From positions 81,384 through 145,383 of the IMG/VR virus record IMGVR_UViG_3300031087_000527: a stretch of 64,000 nt of DNA. One strand, given 5' to 3'. Positions 28,779-39,374 of this stretch are shown piece after piece (the stretch's first letter is position 1; every line of letters begins with the position of its first letter). Both the position numbers and the translations under genes were made by a program. This stretch comes from a virus (lineage: Duplodnaviria > Heunggongvirae > Uroviricota > Caudoviricetes). The notes beneath the pieces are model-generated. The model saw only the letters and a list, made by a program, of their open reading frames with translations, was not told the DNA's origin and searched no databases.

Positions 28779-29471
28779 ATGAGCAATAGAATACACAAAG
28801 ATATTGGTTATTTTTTAATGAGAGACCTCCATGAGATTTTGGTGGATGGGTATGATAAAATACTTTCTAAAAACATATTGACGAAAGAAGTACTGGAGAA
28901 TGTCTATCAAGCTATTCACAATGATAAGAATAAAAACAGGAATGGCTATTTATTTGTAGAATATGAAGCAAGAGCCTTATTGAGTTCTGAATCTGTTTTA
29001 CTATCTGATTTTATTTATCCCATTTATCATTTTGATGAGTTAAAAGGAATCATGTTTACCACGCCCTATTTTAAGAATAAAGGTCGGAATGATGATTATA
29101 TTGATTATTATGAAAACCAGCATGATTTTAAAATAAGGATGCTGGGGGTGCCACTGTATCCTGATAGCTCTTACGTATTTGTAAAACCTCTGGAGCAGAA
29201 TGAAAAACTAAGCCAAGTTTACCCTCATTTCTATCCTGACAGGAAGACGATTGAAGTGGGAGACGCTATTGGTCGTGATACAATCAGTGCGTGTTGTGGG
29301 TTAAAATATAAAGAATGGTCTGCGCCTAAAAATGATGAGCCTAAATATATTCATCCCTATATTAATCCGCTGATTTATCATATTATGCGTGAAATAAAAA
29401 TCATTAAAGAGATGAGCTATGTTGAGTTTATTACAGCACTTGAGCCAGCTATCATCACATATTGGAAATAA
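28779..29471 (+). CDS. Hypothetical protein, paralog 1 of 3
   Basis: IGYFL...FTTP...DYYE...EPAIITYW. Confidence 0.8.
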   Translation: MSNRIHKDIGYFLMRDLHEILVDGYDKILSKNILTKEVLENVYQAIHNDKNKNRNGYLFVEYEARALLSSESVLLSDFIYPIYHFDELKGIMFTTPYFKNKGRNDDYIDYYENQHDFKIRMLGVPLYPDSSYVFVKPLEQNEKLSQVYPHFYPDRKTIEVGDAIGRDTISACCGLKYKEWSAPKNDEPKYIHPYINPLIYHIMREIKIIKEMSYVEFITALEPAIITYWK

Positions 29472-29480
29472 GGATAACAA

Positions 29481-30188
29481 ATGGGCATTAGAATAAATAA
29501 GGCTATCGGGTATTTCCTGCCAAAAGAAAAGATAGAATGTATTCTTTCTGAGGGCTATGAGGATAAAATTGAGGAAAGTGAGGTGCTGAGTCGAGAATGG
29601 TTAAAAAGCGCCTTAGAGAAGCACTCAGGCAGCTTTCTGAACGAAAAAGGTTATCATGTAAATAGTCGATTTTCATTTTACTCATGGTTTTTAGATGGTC
29701 TTGATACTTTTAATAGCTATCGGGTTATTCAAGATATTGTAAATGGCTATAATCATGAGGGTGTATTATTCGCAACGCCGGACCTGGCAAATAAATCTCG
29801 TCATAATAACACGATAGATTATTATGAGGAAATCAAAAATCCGACATTTAAAATAAAACATCTTCGCTCAAGTATTTATCCAAACTTCAGCTATGTGTGT
29901 ATAAAGAAGCCAAAGCTAACGGGTGATGACGCAGAGGATTTTAAAAACTTAGACGTAGGTAGCGCCTTAACTTCAGATAAAATAGGCTGGCTTGAGATAA
30001 AGGGTATAGTAAAATCAGAACCGAAAGGCTGGATATATCCTGATAATCAGGAAGACAAATATTTTCATCCCTTTGTTGATCCGTTGATTTATATTGTAGC
30101 GTATGAGTTAGGCGTATTAAAAGAAGGCATTTCTTATGCTGATTTTATTCAGGCGCTTGAGCCTGCTATGATAACTTACTGGAGCTGA
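29481..30188 (+). CDS. Hypothetical protein, paralog 2 of 3
   Basis: IGYFL...FATP...DYYE...EPAMITYW. Confidence 0.8.
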   Translation: MGIRINKAIGYFLPKEKIECILSEGYEDKIEESEVLSREWLKSALEKHSGSFLNEKGYHVNSRFSFYSWFLDGLDTFNSYRVIQDIVNGYNHEGVLFATPDLANKSRHNNTIDYYEEIKNPTFKIKHLRSSIYPNFSYVCIKKPKLTGDDAEDFKNLDVGSALTSDKIGWLEIKGIVKSEPKGWIYPDNQEDKYFHPFVDPLIYIVAYELGVLKEGISYADFIQALEPAMITYWS

Positions 30189-30189
30189 A

Positions 30190-30915
30190 ATGGGACTTCA
30201 TGTTCATAAAAATATCGGTTATTATTTACCGGAAGAAAAAATAAGTAGTTTGCTTAATGATAATCATGAAAAGCTTTGTGATGATCTGTATTCTTTTAGC
30301 GTGAGTGTGGAGAGAATACAAGCGCTGTGGGATTCATGGAAGTCTGAGCATCCTCATTTGAAAAACGACTATCTGTTATTTACCCTACAGCTAAAAAAGT
30401 TGGCGAAGCAAAGCGAGGAAATCAAGTTAAACGAGATAATCAAGACGATTTTTGATGGTGATGATGTAAAAGGCATACTGTTCTCAACGCCTGATTTGCA
30501 TAAAAAATCACGCTATGACGATCTGATGGACTACTATGAAGGCTGTTATGATGTTGAGTGTCGTGAGCAGTTCCTGAGAGCGCCGATATCGCCTGAAAGT
30601 CATTATGTATGTGTGCGTAAGCCTGAGTGGTCAAAAGCCATTAAAGGCTACATTGAAGACGCAGAGCTTATACATATTGAGAACATCGAGCCGGGCAAAA
30701 TTATTTCAGAGAATGATTTTTTGAGTCTTGCAATGGTCAGTAAAGAAGAGATGGATCAGTCAGTCTATCCTGAAGGTGGCGTGAAAAGCTTTCATCCTTA
30801 TGTGAGTCCTCTGCCTTATCTGATGGCGTATGAAGCAGGACTGCTTCAGGATGGGATTGATTACTTGTCATTTATTCAGGCTGTAGAGCCTGCTATTATA
30901 ACTAACTGGTGTTAA
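30190..30915 (+). CDS. Hypothetical protein, paralog 3 of 3
   Basis: IGYYL...FSTP...DYYE...EPAIITNW. Confidence 0.8.
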   Translation: MGLHVHKNIGYYLPEEKISSLLNDNHEKLCDDLYSFSVSVERIQALWDSWKSEHPHLKNDYLLFTLQLKKLAKQSEEIKLNEIIKTIFDGDDVKGILFSTPDLHKKSRYDDLMDYYEGCYDVECREQFLRAPISPESHYVCVRKPEWSKAIKGYIEDAELIHIENIEPGKIISENDFLSLAMVSKEEMDQSVYPEGGVKSFHPYVSPLPYLMAYEAGLLQDGIDYLSFIQAVEPAIITNWC

Positions 30916-30924
30916 GGAGAAACT

Positions 30925-31110
30925 ATGAGTAATAAAGAAGAATCAGGCTATAAAGATAAGTTATTGGAAGAAATGGAAGATGCGCTACGCTTGGCCTTGC
31001 GATGTCTGGCTCCAGCGTCAGGTGAGGACGAGCCAACTTTTGTTGATAAAATGGAAGCAATTAATAAGGCTCATGCGGTGCTTGGTAGGTTGAATCTGGT
31101 CAAGCAGTAA
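30925..31110 (+). CDS. Hypothetical protein
   Basis: AAGGAG RBS. Confidence 0.7.
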   Translation: MSNKEESGYKDKLLEEMEDALRLALRCLAPASGEDEPTFVDKMEAINKAHAVLGRLNLVKQ

Positions 31111-31224
31111 AGATATTCTTAAAGCCACTGATGTGGCTTTTTTTATGTTGATTAAGACAACATGTGTTGCTATACTTACTTTATTGAAACGCGATACTCA
31201 CTTTACTCCTTAAAGGAAATCACT

Positions 31225-31359
31225 ATGAACGCTGTTTACTGTATCCTTGCTGTTATTGCTGTTGTTAACACTGGTCTGGCTGTTATCTATATGAAAAAAT
31301 GGAAGGCATATACTCGCAGCATGACTAACAAAATGACACTTAAAGCAATGGGGGTATAA
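31225..31359 (+). CDS. Small single-TM protein
   Basis: AAGGA RBS before ATG 31225; promoter 31148-31176. Confidence 0.65.
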   Translation: MNAVYCILAVIAVVNTGLAVIYMKKWKAYTRSMTNKMTLKAMGV

Positions 31360-31362
31360 GAA

Positions 31363-31647
31363 ATGGCTAAACGTAATGCTGGATTAAGCCGTGTAGGGAT
31401 GGTGGTGGCTGCTGTAGTGATTATTGCAGGTTCTGTTTATTATCATTGTTTTTCTGGTTCTTCAAAGGCTAAGTCCTTCCTTGAAGAGCAAGGCTATACA
31501 GAGGTTTCTGTTTCTATGGGTGGTCTTTTTGCCTGCTCTAAAAATGAAAGGTCAACGAGTTTTACAGCAAAAGATCCGGTAGGAAAAACAGTATCGGGTT
31601 CGGTCTGTAATCCCGTGTTTCTAAATCCAGCTATTCGTCTCGACTAA
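31363..31647 (+). CDS. Membrane-anchored hypothetical protein
   Basis: N-terminal TM; GY..V...AC...F.A...G..VSG.VC motif. Confidence 0.75.
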   Translation: MAKRNAGLSRVGMVVAAVVIIAGSVYYHCFSGSSKAKSFLEEQGYTEVSVSMGGLFACSKNERSTSFTAKDPVGKTVSGSVCNPVFLNPAIRLD

Positions 31648-31656
31648 GGAGAGGTC

Positions 31657-32352
31657 ATGTCAGTTATTAATGCTTTAGAGTTATTCAAAGAGGCACATGG
31701 CGAGGGAATGATAGGCGATGAGAGTTTCCCGCTTCCGTCTTTTCTGACTAAAGAAGCCGCCAGTAAGTTTCTTGTGGTGATTGGCAGTAATGCTACAGGT
31801 AAAAGTCTTATCACCAATACACTTTTAGTGGCGGGAAAAGGCTGGCATGGAATCAAAGGTTATAATATAAGCATGGCTCGGCGCACTGCTGGTGATTCTA
31901 TGGAAAAAATGTTTGTATATCAGGATGAGCGAGATCACTCCACAGGTGTTACCACACTTCATGCGATTGCTGGAGCTTTTCATAACATCAAGGCTTATGC
32001 TACTGATAAAGAGTCGCCTACACCAATGCTGCTTGTTCTTGATGAGCCAACGATTGGCTTGTCTTTAGGATATGAAAAGGCGATGGGAAAATATCTGGTT
32101 GAGCAATATAATGCTCTTAAGGATGAAGAAAATTTCGTGGGCTTGGTTGTTGTTACGCATTCAAAAGATATGATGAGGCAGATCCAGAAAGAAGGTGTTG
32201 AGCCTACGGTAATCTCTGCTGGTGAAGCCTTTACGTTAGACGACTGGTATAAGGACGACGAGGAAAAAAGTATTGAGGAACTTATGAGTTTGCGTGACAA
32301 AGGCCGGGATGGTCATAACGCGGTAAATAAATATATTCATGCGAATAAATAA
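31657..32352 (+). CDS. ABC-type ATPase, soluble
   Basis: GSNATGKS, LVLDEPT, VVTHS. Confidence 0.8.
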   Translation: MSVINALELFKEAHGEGMIGDESFPLPSFLTKEAASKFLVVIGSNATGKSLITNTLLVAGKGWHGIKGYNISMARRTAGDSMEKMFVYQDERDHSTGVTTLHAIAGAFHNIKAYATDKESPTPMLLVLDEPTIGLSLGYEKAMGKYLVEQYNALKDEENFVGLVVVTHSKDMMRQIQKEGVEPTVISAGEAFTLDDWYKDDEEKSIEELMSLRDKGRDGHNAVNKYIHANK

Positions 32353-32442
32353 GTAAAGTTAATCTTAAAAGCTACCTCCGGGTAGCTTTTTTGTTGGTCA
32401 AGACAAAGAAAACTGTTATGATGATGTTCCTGACACACAAGC

Positions 32443-32700
32443 ATGGCTAATAAAATGAAAAAATACTGGTTAGCATTTATTGAAAATTTGTTCGTTTTTC
32501 TGTTGATTCTTGAGTTTAAAATCCATTACTGGCTGAAAAAGCCCATCAAAGCAGATGTGGTTGAAAAGCATAAGAAATGGCTTTTCCCTCTGTATAAAAC
32601 TGGAAGCATGGCGGAAGATTTCATGTTTAAACAAGTCGGTGTGATGGTTTTAAGTGAGAAAGCCCAAAAAGAGTTTGAGGCTTATCTGAAGAAAAAATGA
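32443..32700 (+). CDS. Hypothetical protein
   Basis: ORF track; own promoter and terminator. Confidence 0.6.
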   Translation: MANKMKKYWLAFIENLFVFLLILEFKIHYWLKKPIKADVVEKHKKWLFPLYKTGSMAEDFMFKQVGVMVLSEKAQKEFEAYLKKK

Positions 32701-32821
32701 TTAGACAAACTAAAAATTAAAAATAAAAGACTGCTCAGGCGGTCTTTTTTATTTTTGACTCGGATTGGTTAAAAATGTATAAATAAAACAATATAAAAGC
32801 ATAAATCAATAGGAGATAGCT

Positions 32822-33163
32822 ATGAATACATTGTTTGACTCAGTGAAAGTTACTGATGCGGCGTTTAAACGTCTTGCGGTGCTGCTGAAGGATGAGGCGG
32901 ATAAAGACGTTAAGCTAAGAGTGTATATTACTGGCGGTGGCTGCAGCGGCTTTCAGTATGGGTTCACGTTTGATAGCTCGATGAATGAAGGCGATATCGT
33001 GATTGACAAAGGTGATGTGGCTGTTGTTGTTGATCCCATGAGTCTGCAATATTTGGTAGGAAGCACGATAGATTTTACGGAAGGATTAGATGGCTCAAGG
33101 TTTATCGTTGCGAATCCTAATGCGAAGACAACTTGTGGATGTGGCTCATCATTTAGCATTTGA
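32822..33163 (+). CDS. erpA: Iron-sulfur cluster insertion protein (A-type carrier, ErpA-like)
   Basis: [20 protein letters not shown]...SLQYLVG...[16 protein letters not shown]. Confidence 0.92.
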   Translation: MNTLFDSVKVTDAAFKRLAVLLKDEADKDVKLRVYITGGGCSGFQYGFTFDSSMNEGDIVIDKGDVAVVVDPMSLQYLVGSTIDFTEGLDGSRFIVANPNAKTTCGCGSSFSI

Positions 33164-33244
33164 ATATTGTTCAAGTTTTATATTGATTTTAATGTGTTGT
33201 CTCTATATGATAACAACTCAAATCTAAAAATATGAGGCGGAAAA

Positions 33245-33340
33245 ATGGCTTACATCTTAAAATCATTGGCGTACAATGGAGTTCCTGTTGTATTTGGTCT
33301 CGTCTTATCATACTTTATCGCTTTTGAAGGTATTTATTGA
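33245..33340 (+). CDS. Small hydrophobic peptide (31 aa)
   Basis: GAGG RBS; MAYILKSLAYNGVPVVFGLVLSYFIAFEGIY. Confidence 0.45.
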   Translation: MAYILKSLAYNGVPVVFGLVLSYFIAFEGIY

Positions 33341-33447
33341 GGCAAGCTTAGGTGGAGAGTGTCAGCGATATTAGAATATAGTAAATAATCATAGTATTTG
33401 ACTGCTGGTTTTGCTATAATGACAACCACGTTAAGCTTAGGTGATGA

Positions 33448-33702
33448 ATGAACATGAAAGATAACTTAAAAGCTGCTGCAATAGGAATATCAATAGGTTT
33501 GGCCGTAATAAGTCCGTTTGCTGCATTTCTTATTTTTGATTCTAACGTGATGGAAGAACAGCACTGTCAGAAAACTGGCGAGACACGCGAAAGCTACTAT
33601 ATTCAGTATATGTATGGAGATAAAGGTCAAATCGTAGGGTCTTATCCTGTTGAAACGGAAGAGAATAAATACACCTGTGATGACGGTATTCGCTGGCGCT
33701 AA
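33448..33702 (+). CDS. Membrane-anchored hypothetical protein
   Basis: N-terminal TM; promoter with GACAAC right after the -10. Confidence 0.7.
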   Translation: MNMKDNLKAAAIGISIGLAVISPFAAFLIFDSNVMEEQHCQKTGETRESYYIQYMYGDKGQIVGSYPVETEENKYTCDDGIRWR

Positions 33703-33711
33703 GGAGCCAAT

Positions 33712-34068
33712 ATGAAGAAGCTTATTTCAGTCTGGATTTTTGCTTTTGTGTGCTTGCTGTCTGGTTGTGATGCGGGAAGCCCTCCAGATAAGTTAGTAGG
33801 ACGGGAGTATCGTCAGTATGAGTTGATGGAGCTTGATCCACCAAAGCATGTTTATATTACCATCAAGGATGTCAAAACAGGCTATGTGTGGAAAAGGCTT
33901 TATGTTTCGAAACACTGTAATAGCTGGCGAGATATCCCGGTAGGCAGCGTATGGGGCTTTGAGCTTGCCACTTATGAAAAAGCAGATGGCTCACGCTATA
34001 GCTTTGTTGAGAACTACAAGGACATTTGTTATCGCGTAAAAAATGGCGTCTCTTACGTGAAATACTAA
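33712..34068 (+). CDS. Putative lipoprotein
   Basis: AAGGAG RBS; lipobox LLSGC. Confidence 0.75.
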   Translation: MKKLISVWIFAFVCLLSGCDAGSPPDKLVGREYRQYELMELDPPKHVYITIKDVKTGYVWKRLYVSKHCNSWRDIPVGSVWGFELATYEKADGSRYSFVENYKDICYRVKNGVSYVKY

Positions 34069-34162
34069 ACCACCTCCGGGTGGTTTTTTGTTTAAAAAGG
34101 TTTGCCTAAAATCTGATGTTGTCATATAATGGGCTTAGAAAATCACATGGGAAGAACACATA

Positions 34163-34888
34163 ATGTTGCCTTACGAAGAAATCAAGAAATACTTTCGGTT
34201 TGTTCAGCGCAAGCGCGGTTATACTGTGTATAAAAAAGAGCTTGAGGAGCTGGAATCAACCTATTGGCGTTTTTCAGTTCTGGCTAAAGAGATGGGCTTA
34301 GAAGACTTTATAAGCTACTTCTCAAAGGCGGAGATCAGGCAAACACAAGCCTTTATGAAAGGCGGTTGTGGTCATTTCGCTGGATTTCTTGATTTACTCT
34401 TTGGCAATGAAAATAGCGGCTTCGCTATCATGACGATTGGTGATAAAAGCCATGAGTCCTCCCCGGATGAGATTATCTCAGAAAGTGCTTATGAGAAAAT
34501 GGATCTGATTGGCGTAAAAGCAGGATATAGCCATGTGCTTTATAAGCATGAAGGCAAGTATTATGATGCCTGTGGTGTTTATGATTCGGCAGAGGCTGTT
34601 CTGGAGCATTGCAAGCGTTATTACGCTGACTATCTGGAGTCTGCTAAAGAAGAAATAACCGGACATTTTTATGTATCGGATTTTTCCAATCAGGCGCTTT
34701 GGCCTGTAAAAGGAAAAGATGAAGCTAAGAAAAAAGGTTTAGTTCATTATCTTTTGAGTCAGCATACCAATAATCTTTTTACTGGAATGGCTGATATGTT
34801 AGATGGTATGAAGTTGAACATCACTCGCAATGAAGAATGCCAAACGATTTTTCGCTATGAGACTTACAGACACGGAACCGGATGGTGA
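34163..34888 (+). CDS. Hypothetical protein
   Basis: GGCGHFA...SHVL...YYDACG motif; own promoter. Confidence 0.75.
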   Translation: MLPYEEIKKYFRFVQRKRGYTVYKKELEELESTYWRFSVLAKEMGLEDFISYFSKAEIRQTQAFMKGGCGHFAGFLDLLFGNENSGFAIMTIGDKSHESSPDEIISESAYEKMDLIGVKAGYSHVLYKHEGKYYDACGVYDSAEAVLEHCKRYYADYLESAKEEITGHFYVSDFSNQALWPVKGKDEAKKKGLVHYLLSQHTNNLFTGMADMLDGMKLNITRNEECQTIFRYETYRHGTGW

Positions 34889-35003
34889 TCACAAAATGTG
34901 TAATGAAAAGCTGCCAGTAGGCGGCTTTTTTTATCTTTGAAGATGCTATTGATAACGCAAAGGAATTATTGTTTAATACGCATCGCATCTTAACCTTTTA
35001 TAT

Positions 35004-35669
35004 ATGGAACAATCCTCAATCATGGAATACGCTACAGAGCTTCTAAAGACGTTTATCGCACTTTTCGTTATCATCAATCCTCTTGCTATCATCCCGGTTT
35101 ACCTTTCTTTAACAAGCGGCATGGATTTGCCAACAAAAAATCGCGTGGTGAAAATAAGCGCTATCAGCACGTTTTGCGTGTTATTTATCTCAGCGGTTGC
35201 CGGAGAGATCATACTGAAGATATTTGGTATTAGTATTCCTGCCTTCCAGGTCGGCGGTGGTATTTTATTGAGCACTATCTCATACAACATGATGATGGCA
35301 AAAGATGAGCAACGCATACAGACGCCAGAGGAAAAGGCAGACAGCGCGGGAAAAGGTATTGGTATTGCGGTAGTGCCTTTGACGATTCCTATGCTTACAG
35401 GTCCAGGAACAATGAGCCTTGCCATAGTGACAGCTAGTAAATATCATAGCTTCTTAGGTTATTTTTACATTATTGTTTCGGCAGCGCTTATCTCAGTGAT
35501 TATCTATTACATTTTTAAGAGCGCGGATAAAATCAAGCGCATGATAGGTATTACCGGAATGAATATCCTGACAAAGGTATTGAGCTTGCTTCTGATGGCA
35601 TTAGCGATAGAGCTGATTGCTGATGGTGTGAGGTTGCTACTTCCCGGATTAAATCTGATGCATGTGTAA
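35004..35669 (+). CDS. MarC-family inner membrane protein
   Basis: FIALFVIINPL...FQVGGGILL...AVVPLTIPMLTGPGTMS...MALAIE. Confidence 0.92.
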   Translation: MEQSSIMEYATELLKTFIALFVIINPLAIIPVYLSLTSGMDLPTKNRVVKISAISTFCVLFISAVAGEIILKIFGISIPAFQVGGGILLSTISYNMMMAKDEQRIQTPEEKADSAGKGIGIAVVPLTIPMLTGPGTMSLAIVTASKYHSFLGYFYIIVSAALISVIIYYIFKSADKIKRMIGITGMNILTKVLSLLLMALAIELIADGVRLLLPGLNLMHV

Positions 35670-35761
35670 AAATAAGAGCCACCTTCGGGTGGTTTTTTGT
35701 TGTGACTTATTCATGGATAAGCTATAATGGCAACATTGAGGCGGCTTCTTAAAGGTGAAAA

Positions 35762-36034
35762 ATGAAAACGTTAGACTTTGATTTAGCTGTAGGCTTTGGG
35801 CCTTGTAGTGGCTGGACGCGTAAAGATTTTTCTGATGAGATGCGTGCTCAGCGCGAAGTGATAGAGTCGGCTTCTACTGCACTTGAGCAAAAAGAAGAGG
35901 CGCTGAAAGCGGCATGGGCATTAAAGATTCGTTGTGATGATCCTGATATGTTTGATGGCATCATTTATGCTCATGCGATAGAGCTGCAGAAACGCTTCTT
36001 TATGGTGCTCAATCTTGAGATAGAAAAGGCTTGA
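35762..36034 (+). CDS. Hypothetical protein
   Basis: AAGGTG RBS. Confidence 0.7.
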   Translation: MKTLDFDLAVGFGPCSGWTRKDFSDEMRAQREVIESASTALEQKEEALKAAWALKIRCDDPDMFDGIIYAHAIELQKRFFMVLNLEIEKA

Positions 36035-36098
36035 TTTGAGTTGCTGTTGACGCTATAATGTCAACAATAAAACGAAAACTGACTAATCTGAGGTTAAC

Positions 36099-36380
36099 AT
36101 GACTGATCTGGCTGTGGTGTCTAAAAGTGGTGAAGTGCTGGGACGTTTTGTGATTCATCCGGGCAATCCCGTTCCTGCTAACCGTAATAACCTGAAAGTA
36201 GCGATTGTGGTTAACGATGAAGTGCTGGAAACGCATGAGGCTTTCCTCAGTTCAACAAAAGGCAATATGGATAAGCTGGACGCGCTTTGTCAAGCGACAG
36301 GCGATCTGAACTGTGTAATCAAAGGATCTGGTTTTGGCTGTGAGCATGATGCTGATTTGGTTGCTTTAAAGTCAGCGTAA
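36099..36380 (+). CDS. Hypothetical protein
   Basis: GAGGT RBS. Confidence 0.75.
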   Translation: MTDLAVVSKSGEVLGRFVIHPGNPVPANRNNLKVAIVVNDEVLETHEAFLSSTKGNMDKLDALCQATGDLNCVIKGSGFGCEHDADLVALKSA

Positions 36381-36427
36381 TACTATGCCACCTTCGGGTG
36401 GTTTTTATTTGGCTAACCTAACGAGGA

Positions 36428-36736
36428 TTGATAATGACCAGTATTCCAGATTATCTGAATGGTTTAAGTGAAACGCAGTTGAAGTGCTGTTATGAAAAAG
36501 CAGGAGAAATGCTTGAAGCGAAACAAAATGAAAAAAAGAAAATCGTTTGGCGTGTGTGCGCGGGCCGCATGTGTTATGGGAGCTTCCGCACAGAAGATTA
36601 TTTGAAAGCATTAGATTGCGTGGTGGAAACCGGAAAAGAAGAGTGGGATCCGACTGATTTGGATAATCCTTGTTTAAATATTGAGGTTATCGCAGAACGT
36701 GTTCCTGAGTCAGAATATGAAAGCTATTTTCAATAA
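36428..36736 (+). CDS. Hypothetical protein
   Basis: GAGGA RBS. Confidence 0.75.
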   Translation: MIMTSIPDYLNGLSETQLKCCYEKAGEMLEAKQNEKKKIVWRVCAGRMCYGSFRTEDYLKALDCVVETGKEEWDPTDLDNPCLNIEVIAERVPESEYESYFQ

Positions 36737-36745
36737 AGGTGAGAA

Positions 36746-37246
36746 ATGAAACAAGCAAACTGGTTCACACTGAAAGAAGTTAAACCGCATTTTTTTAATG
36801 TGGTAATTGCGCCCGATTTCTTTGATATGAGTAGAACGGATTTTCCAGAAGGAATTCCTTGCTTCTCTACACTTTTTTATGCTGGGGAAGCAAATGATAA
36901 CCTGAAAGATTGCGAACAGTTTATTCAGGATAGTGTTGCGTCTTTGCTTGAGCAATCAGAGGAGGAAGGTGTCGATTCTACTGAAAGTTTAACGGCTTAT
37001 TGTCAGGCTAACCTGAAAGATTGTTTCGTTCGGGAATACGGTGCTGCGGATTTTGAGCGTGAGAAGATGCTTTATCATCCAAGGCTTGTCCATCCTTATG
37101 CTGATATGTCTGAGCCAGTATTCAGTCATGGTGTTCCATTGAGTTTTCAGATGGAAGATATTGAAGCGGCACGAACGCTGTGTGTTCAGTTAAATAAACT
37201 ATTGCTGGAAATCAGCAAAGCACATCTCAAGTTCATTCAGGCATAA
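36746..37246 (+). CDS. Hypothetical protein
   Basis: AAGGTG RBS. Confidence 0.75.
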   Translation: MKQANWFTLKEVKPHFFNVVIAPDFFDMSRTDFPEGIPCFSTLFYAGEANDNLKDCEQFIQDSVASLLEQSEEEGVDSTESLTAYCQANLKDCFVREYGAADFEREKMLYHPRLVHPYADMSEPVFSHGVPLSFQMEDIEAARTLCVQLNKLLLEISKAHLKFIQA

Positions 37247-37275
37247 AAAGCCCTTCGGGGCTTAATGAGGCGAAT

Positions 37276-37803
37276 ATGTCATTCTGGCAGGCTGTTTTCA
37301 TTCTGTGTGCTGTGGCACTGTTTTTTTATGTAGAGAAGCGCAATAAAGACGCTTTAGAAGCAAAAAAGGCTGCAGAGCAATATGCTCATAAGGATGATAT
37401 TGATTATCATTTTTCTCTTAACAATCCATCATTTAGGCATAAAGCCTTTACAGATGAGGAGGTGTCTGAGCTTTCTCGTATTATGGGAGTAAATATTCCT
37501 CGGCCTGATCCGTTCAGGCTGCGCTCTTTCTTAGGCACGACGCTTGACTGTAAACATGTTTCTGAAATGACCTTTCATCATCTTTGCGTAAAAATGCATA
37601 AATACACATGGCGTGATAAGGAATGGATTCTTTTTGATATTGAGCGACATGCTGGGCCGCCTGTGATGAAAGGTTCTGAAATAAGCTATCCTTTTTATCA
37701 TGATGAGGTGTCTTTTTGGATGGAAATTGAGTGTCTGTCTGATAAATGGCATGATTCAATAAAATCCTTGTGCAAGACAACAAAATATTGTAAAATAGCA
37801 TAA
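37276..37803 (+). CDS. Membrane-anchored hypothetical protein
   Basis: GAGG RBS; N-terminal TM. Confidence 0.75.
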   Translation: MSFWQAVFILCAVALFFYVEKRNKDALEAKKAAEQYAHKDDIDYHFSLNNPSFRHKAFTDEEVSELSRIMGVNIPRPDPFRLRSFLGTTLDCKHVSEMTFHHLCVKMHKYTWRDKEWILFDIERHAGPPVMKGSEISYPFYHDEVSFWMEIECLSDKWHDSIKSLCKTTKYCKIA

Positions 37804-37824
37804 TCTTAATCATAAAGGGCAACA

Positions 37825-38277
37825 GTGATGACAACTGAAAAAGAAGTATTTACTTCTGACGATCTGAGAGTTTTGAAATTTGCTGCTAAAAGCTATATAG
37901 AGAAACTGAAAGGTGAGCACTGGATGGTTATGCCATATCTGCCTGCTGGGGCGGTAAAGGGCTATACTGAAAACAGTCTTAAAATTGAAGAACGTGTAAA
38001 TAACCTTATAAGAAAAATGGAAGGTTTATTCACGAGTCAGTTTGATGAATCATGTCAAAAACCTGTCATAGATAACGAAGATTTTTCTTTGATGGCTATG
38101 ATTGTTTCTCTTGAAAATAACAAAATCAGCAATATTCGCTCTCAAGCGTTTACTCCTCTTTCGAGCGTAAGTGTTGAAGATAAATATCTGGAAGAAGTTA
38201 TTCGCAATATCGATAAAGATTTGCGCAAACTTGCCGAAGCTTTTGCTAGATATAACAATGCTCTACATGCTCACTAA
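37825..38277 (+). CDS. Hypothetical protein
   Basis: ORF track; terminator follows. Confidence 0.7.
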   Translation: MMTTEKEVFTSDDLRVLKFAAKSYIEKLKGEHWMVMPYLPAGAVKGYTENSLKIEERVNNLIRKMEGLFTSQFDESCQKPVIDNEDFSLMAMIVSLENNKISNIRSQAFTPLSSVSVEDKYLEEVIRNIDKDLRKLAEAFARYNNALHAH

Positions 38278-38375
38278 TAATACAAAGCCACTTCGGTGGC
38301 TTTTTTGTTAAATAATGATTGTGGTTGATGCTCGTTATGGTTATAATGACAACCTAAACAAAAATGAGGTAAGAC

Positions 38376-39029
38376 ATGAATAGCGCATTCTTAGCAGCTC
38401 AGGCGGCATACAAAAGCGAAGTAGAGAGCACGGAAGAGACACTGAAAGAGCTTGCGCGTCAGCGTAAAGAGATTCAGGATCGCAGGCTGGCTGCCCGTCA
38501 GCACATGCTCGATGTATTTCTTGAGAATTTCTCTGGCTCTGATGAAGATGTTGCGTTTTTAATGGATTATTCTCAGACGGGCCATCATGATGGAATTTAC
38601 AACTTCCATCATAAGTATTTTTGGGAGCATGGCCTGCAAAGCGATGGTCTGTATGGTGAAAATAATCAGGTGGCTCTGCAGATGCGTTTATCAGATAAAA
38701 CTGACGAAGAAATTCGGGCGATGTCGGCATATCTGATTAAGCAACCTCTGAAAATCATTAAACCGATTCAAAAAGAAGTTAACTTTAATGATGAAAAGAT
38801 TTCAGGTTATCGTTTCTTTGAAATCCTGTTGAATGATACTTTCGACTATGACAGCTTTGAAGGTGGTCTTCATTTGATCGAAAAAGACGGTAAATATGCT
38901 GTAGGGAGTGCTACACGTTTTCATAGCGTGGTTCTGGTTGACTGGAATGATGATTTGGCTGAAACGCTGATTAAGGCAAAAGCTATTCTGGTCGAACAAT
39001 ACACTTATTGTGAAGAAGATCGCTTTTAA
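38376..39029 (+). CDS. Hypothetical protein
   Basis: GAGGT RBS; promoter TATAAT-GACAAC. Confidence 0.8.
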   Translation: MNSAFLAAQAAYKSEVESTEETLKELARQRKEIQDRRLAARQHMLDVFLENFSGSDEDVAFLMDYSQTGHHDGIYNFHHKYFWEHGLQSDGLYGENNQVALQMRLSDKTDEEIRAMSAYLIKQPLKIIKPIQKEVNFNDEKISGYRFFEILLNDTFDYDSFEGGLHLIEKDGKYAVGSATRFHSVVLVDWNDDLAETLIKAKAILVEQYTYCEEDRF

Positions 39030-39044
39030 CTCAAGGAGCTAAAA

Positions 39045-39287
39045 ATGCATGTAAGTTTCCTTTCAATGGTGGTGGGCGTGGTGTATCTCACTACCGCTAT
39101 GACGGTTTACATGATCCACACAATCATGCTGGATGATGTAAAAGCGGAAAATGTTAAACGCATTAAATATCTTAAAGTGATGCATGTGGTGTTCTCAGCG
39201 GTTCCCGTTGTAAACTGCTTGTTTATGCTTTCTGCTGGCATTGCCTTCAACATTAAGCGATTAAAGTCGCTCTGCATGAGAAAGTAA
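39045..39287 (+). CDS. Small two-TM membrane protein
   Basis: AAGGAG RBS. Confidence 0.7.
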   Translation: MHVSFLSMVVGVVYLTTAMTVYMIHTIMLDDVKAENVKRIKYLKVMHVVFSAVPVVNCLFMLSAGIAFNIKRLKSLCMRK

Positions 39288-39374
39288 AAAATAGCAAAAA
39301 ACCGACTTATCTTGTTGTCATAAAGGGATAAGTCGGTTATACTATTTCTCATAGACACTAATGAGAGAAAAGCC

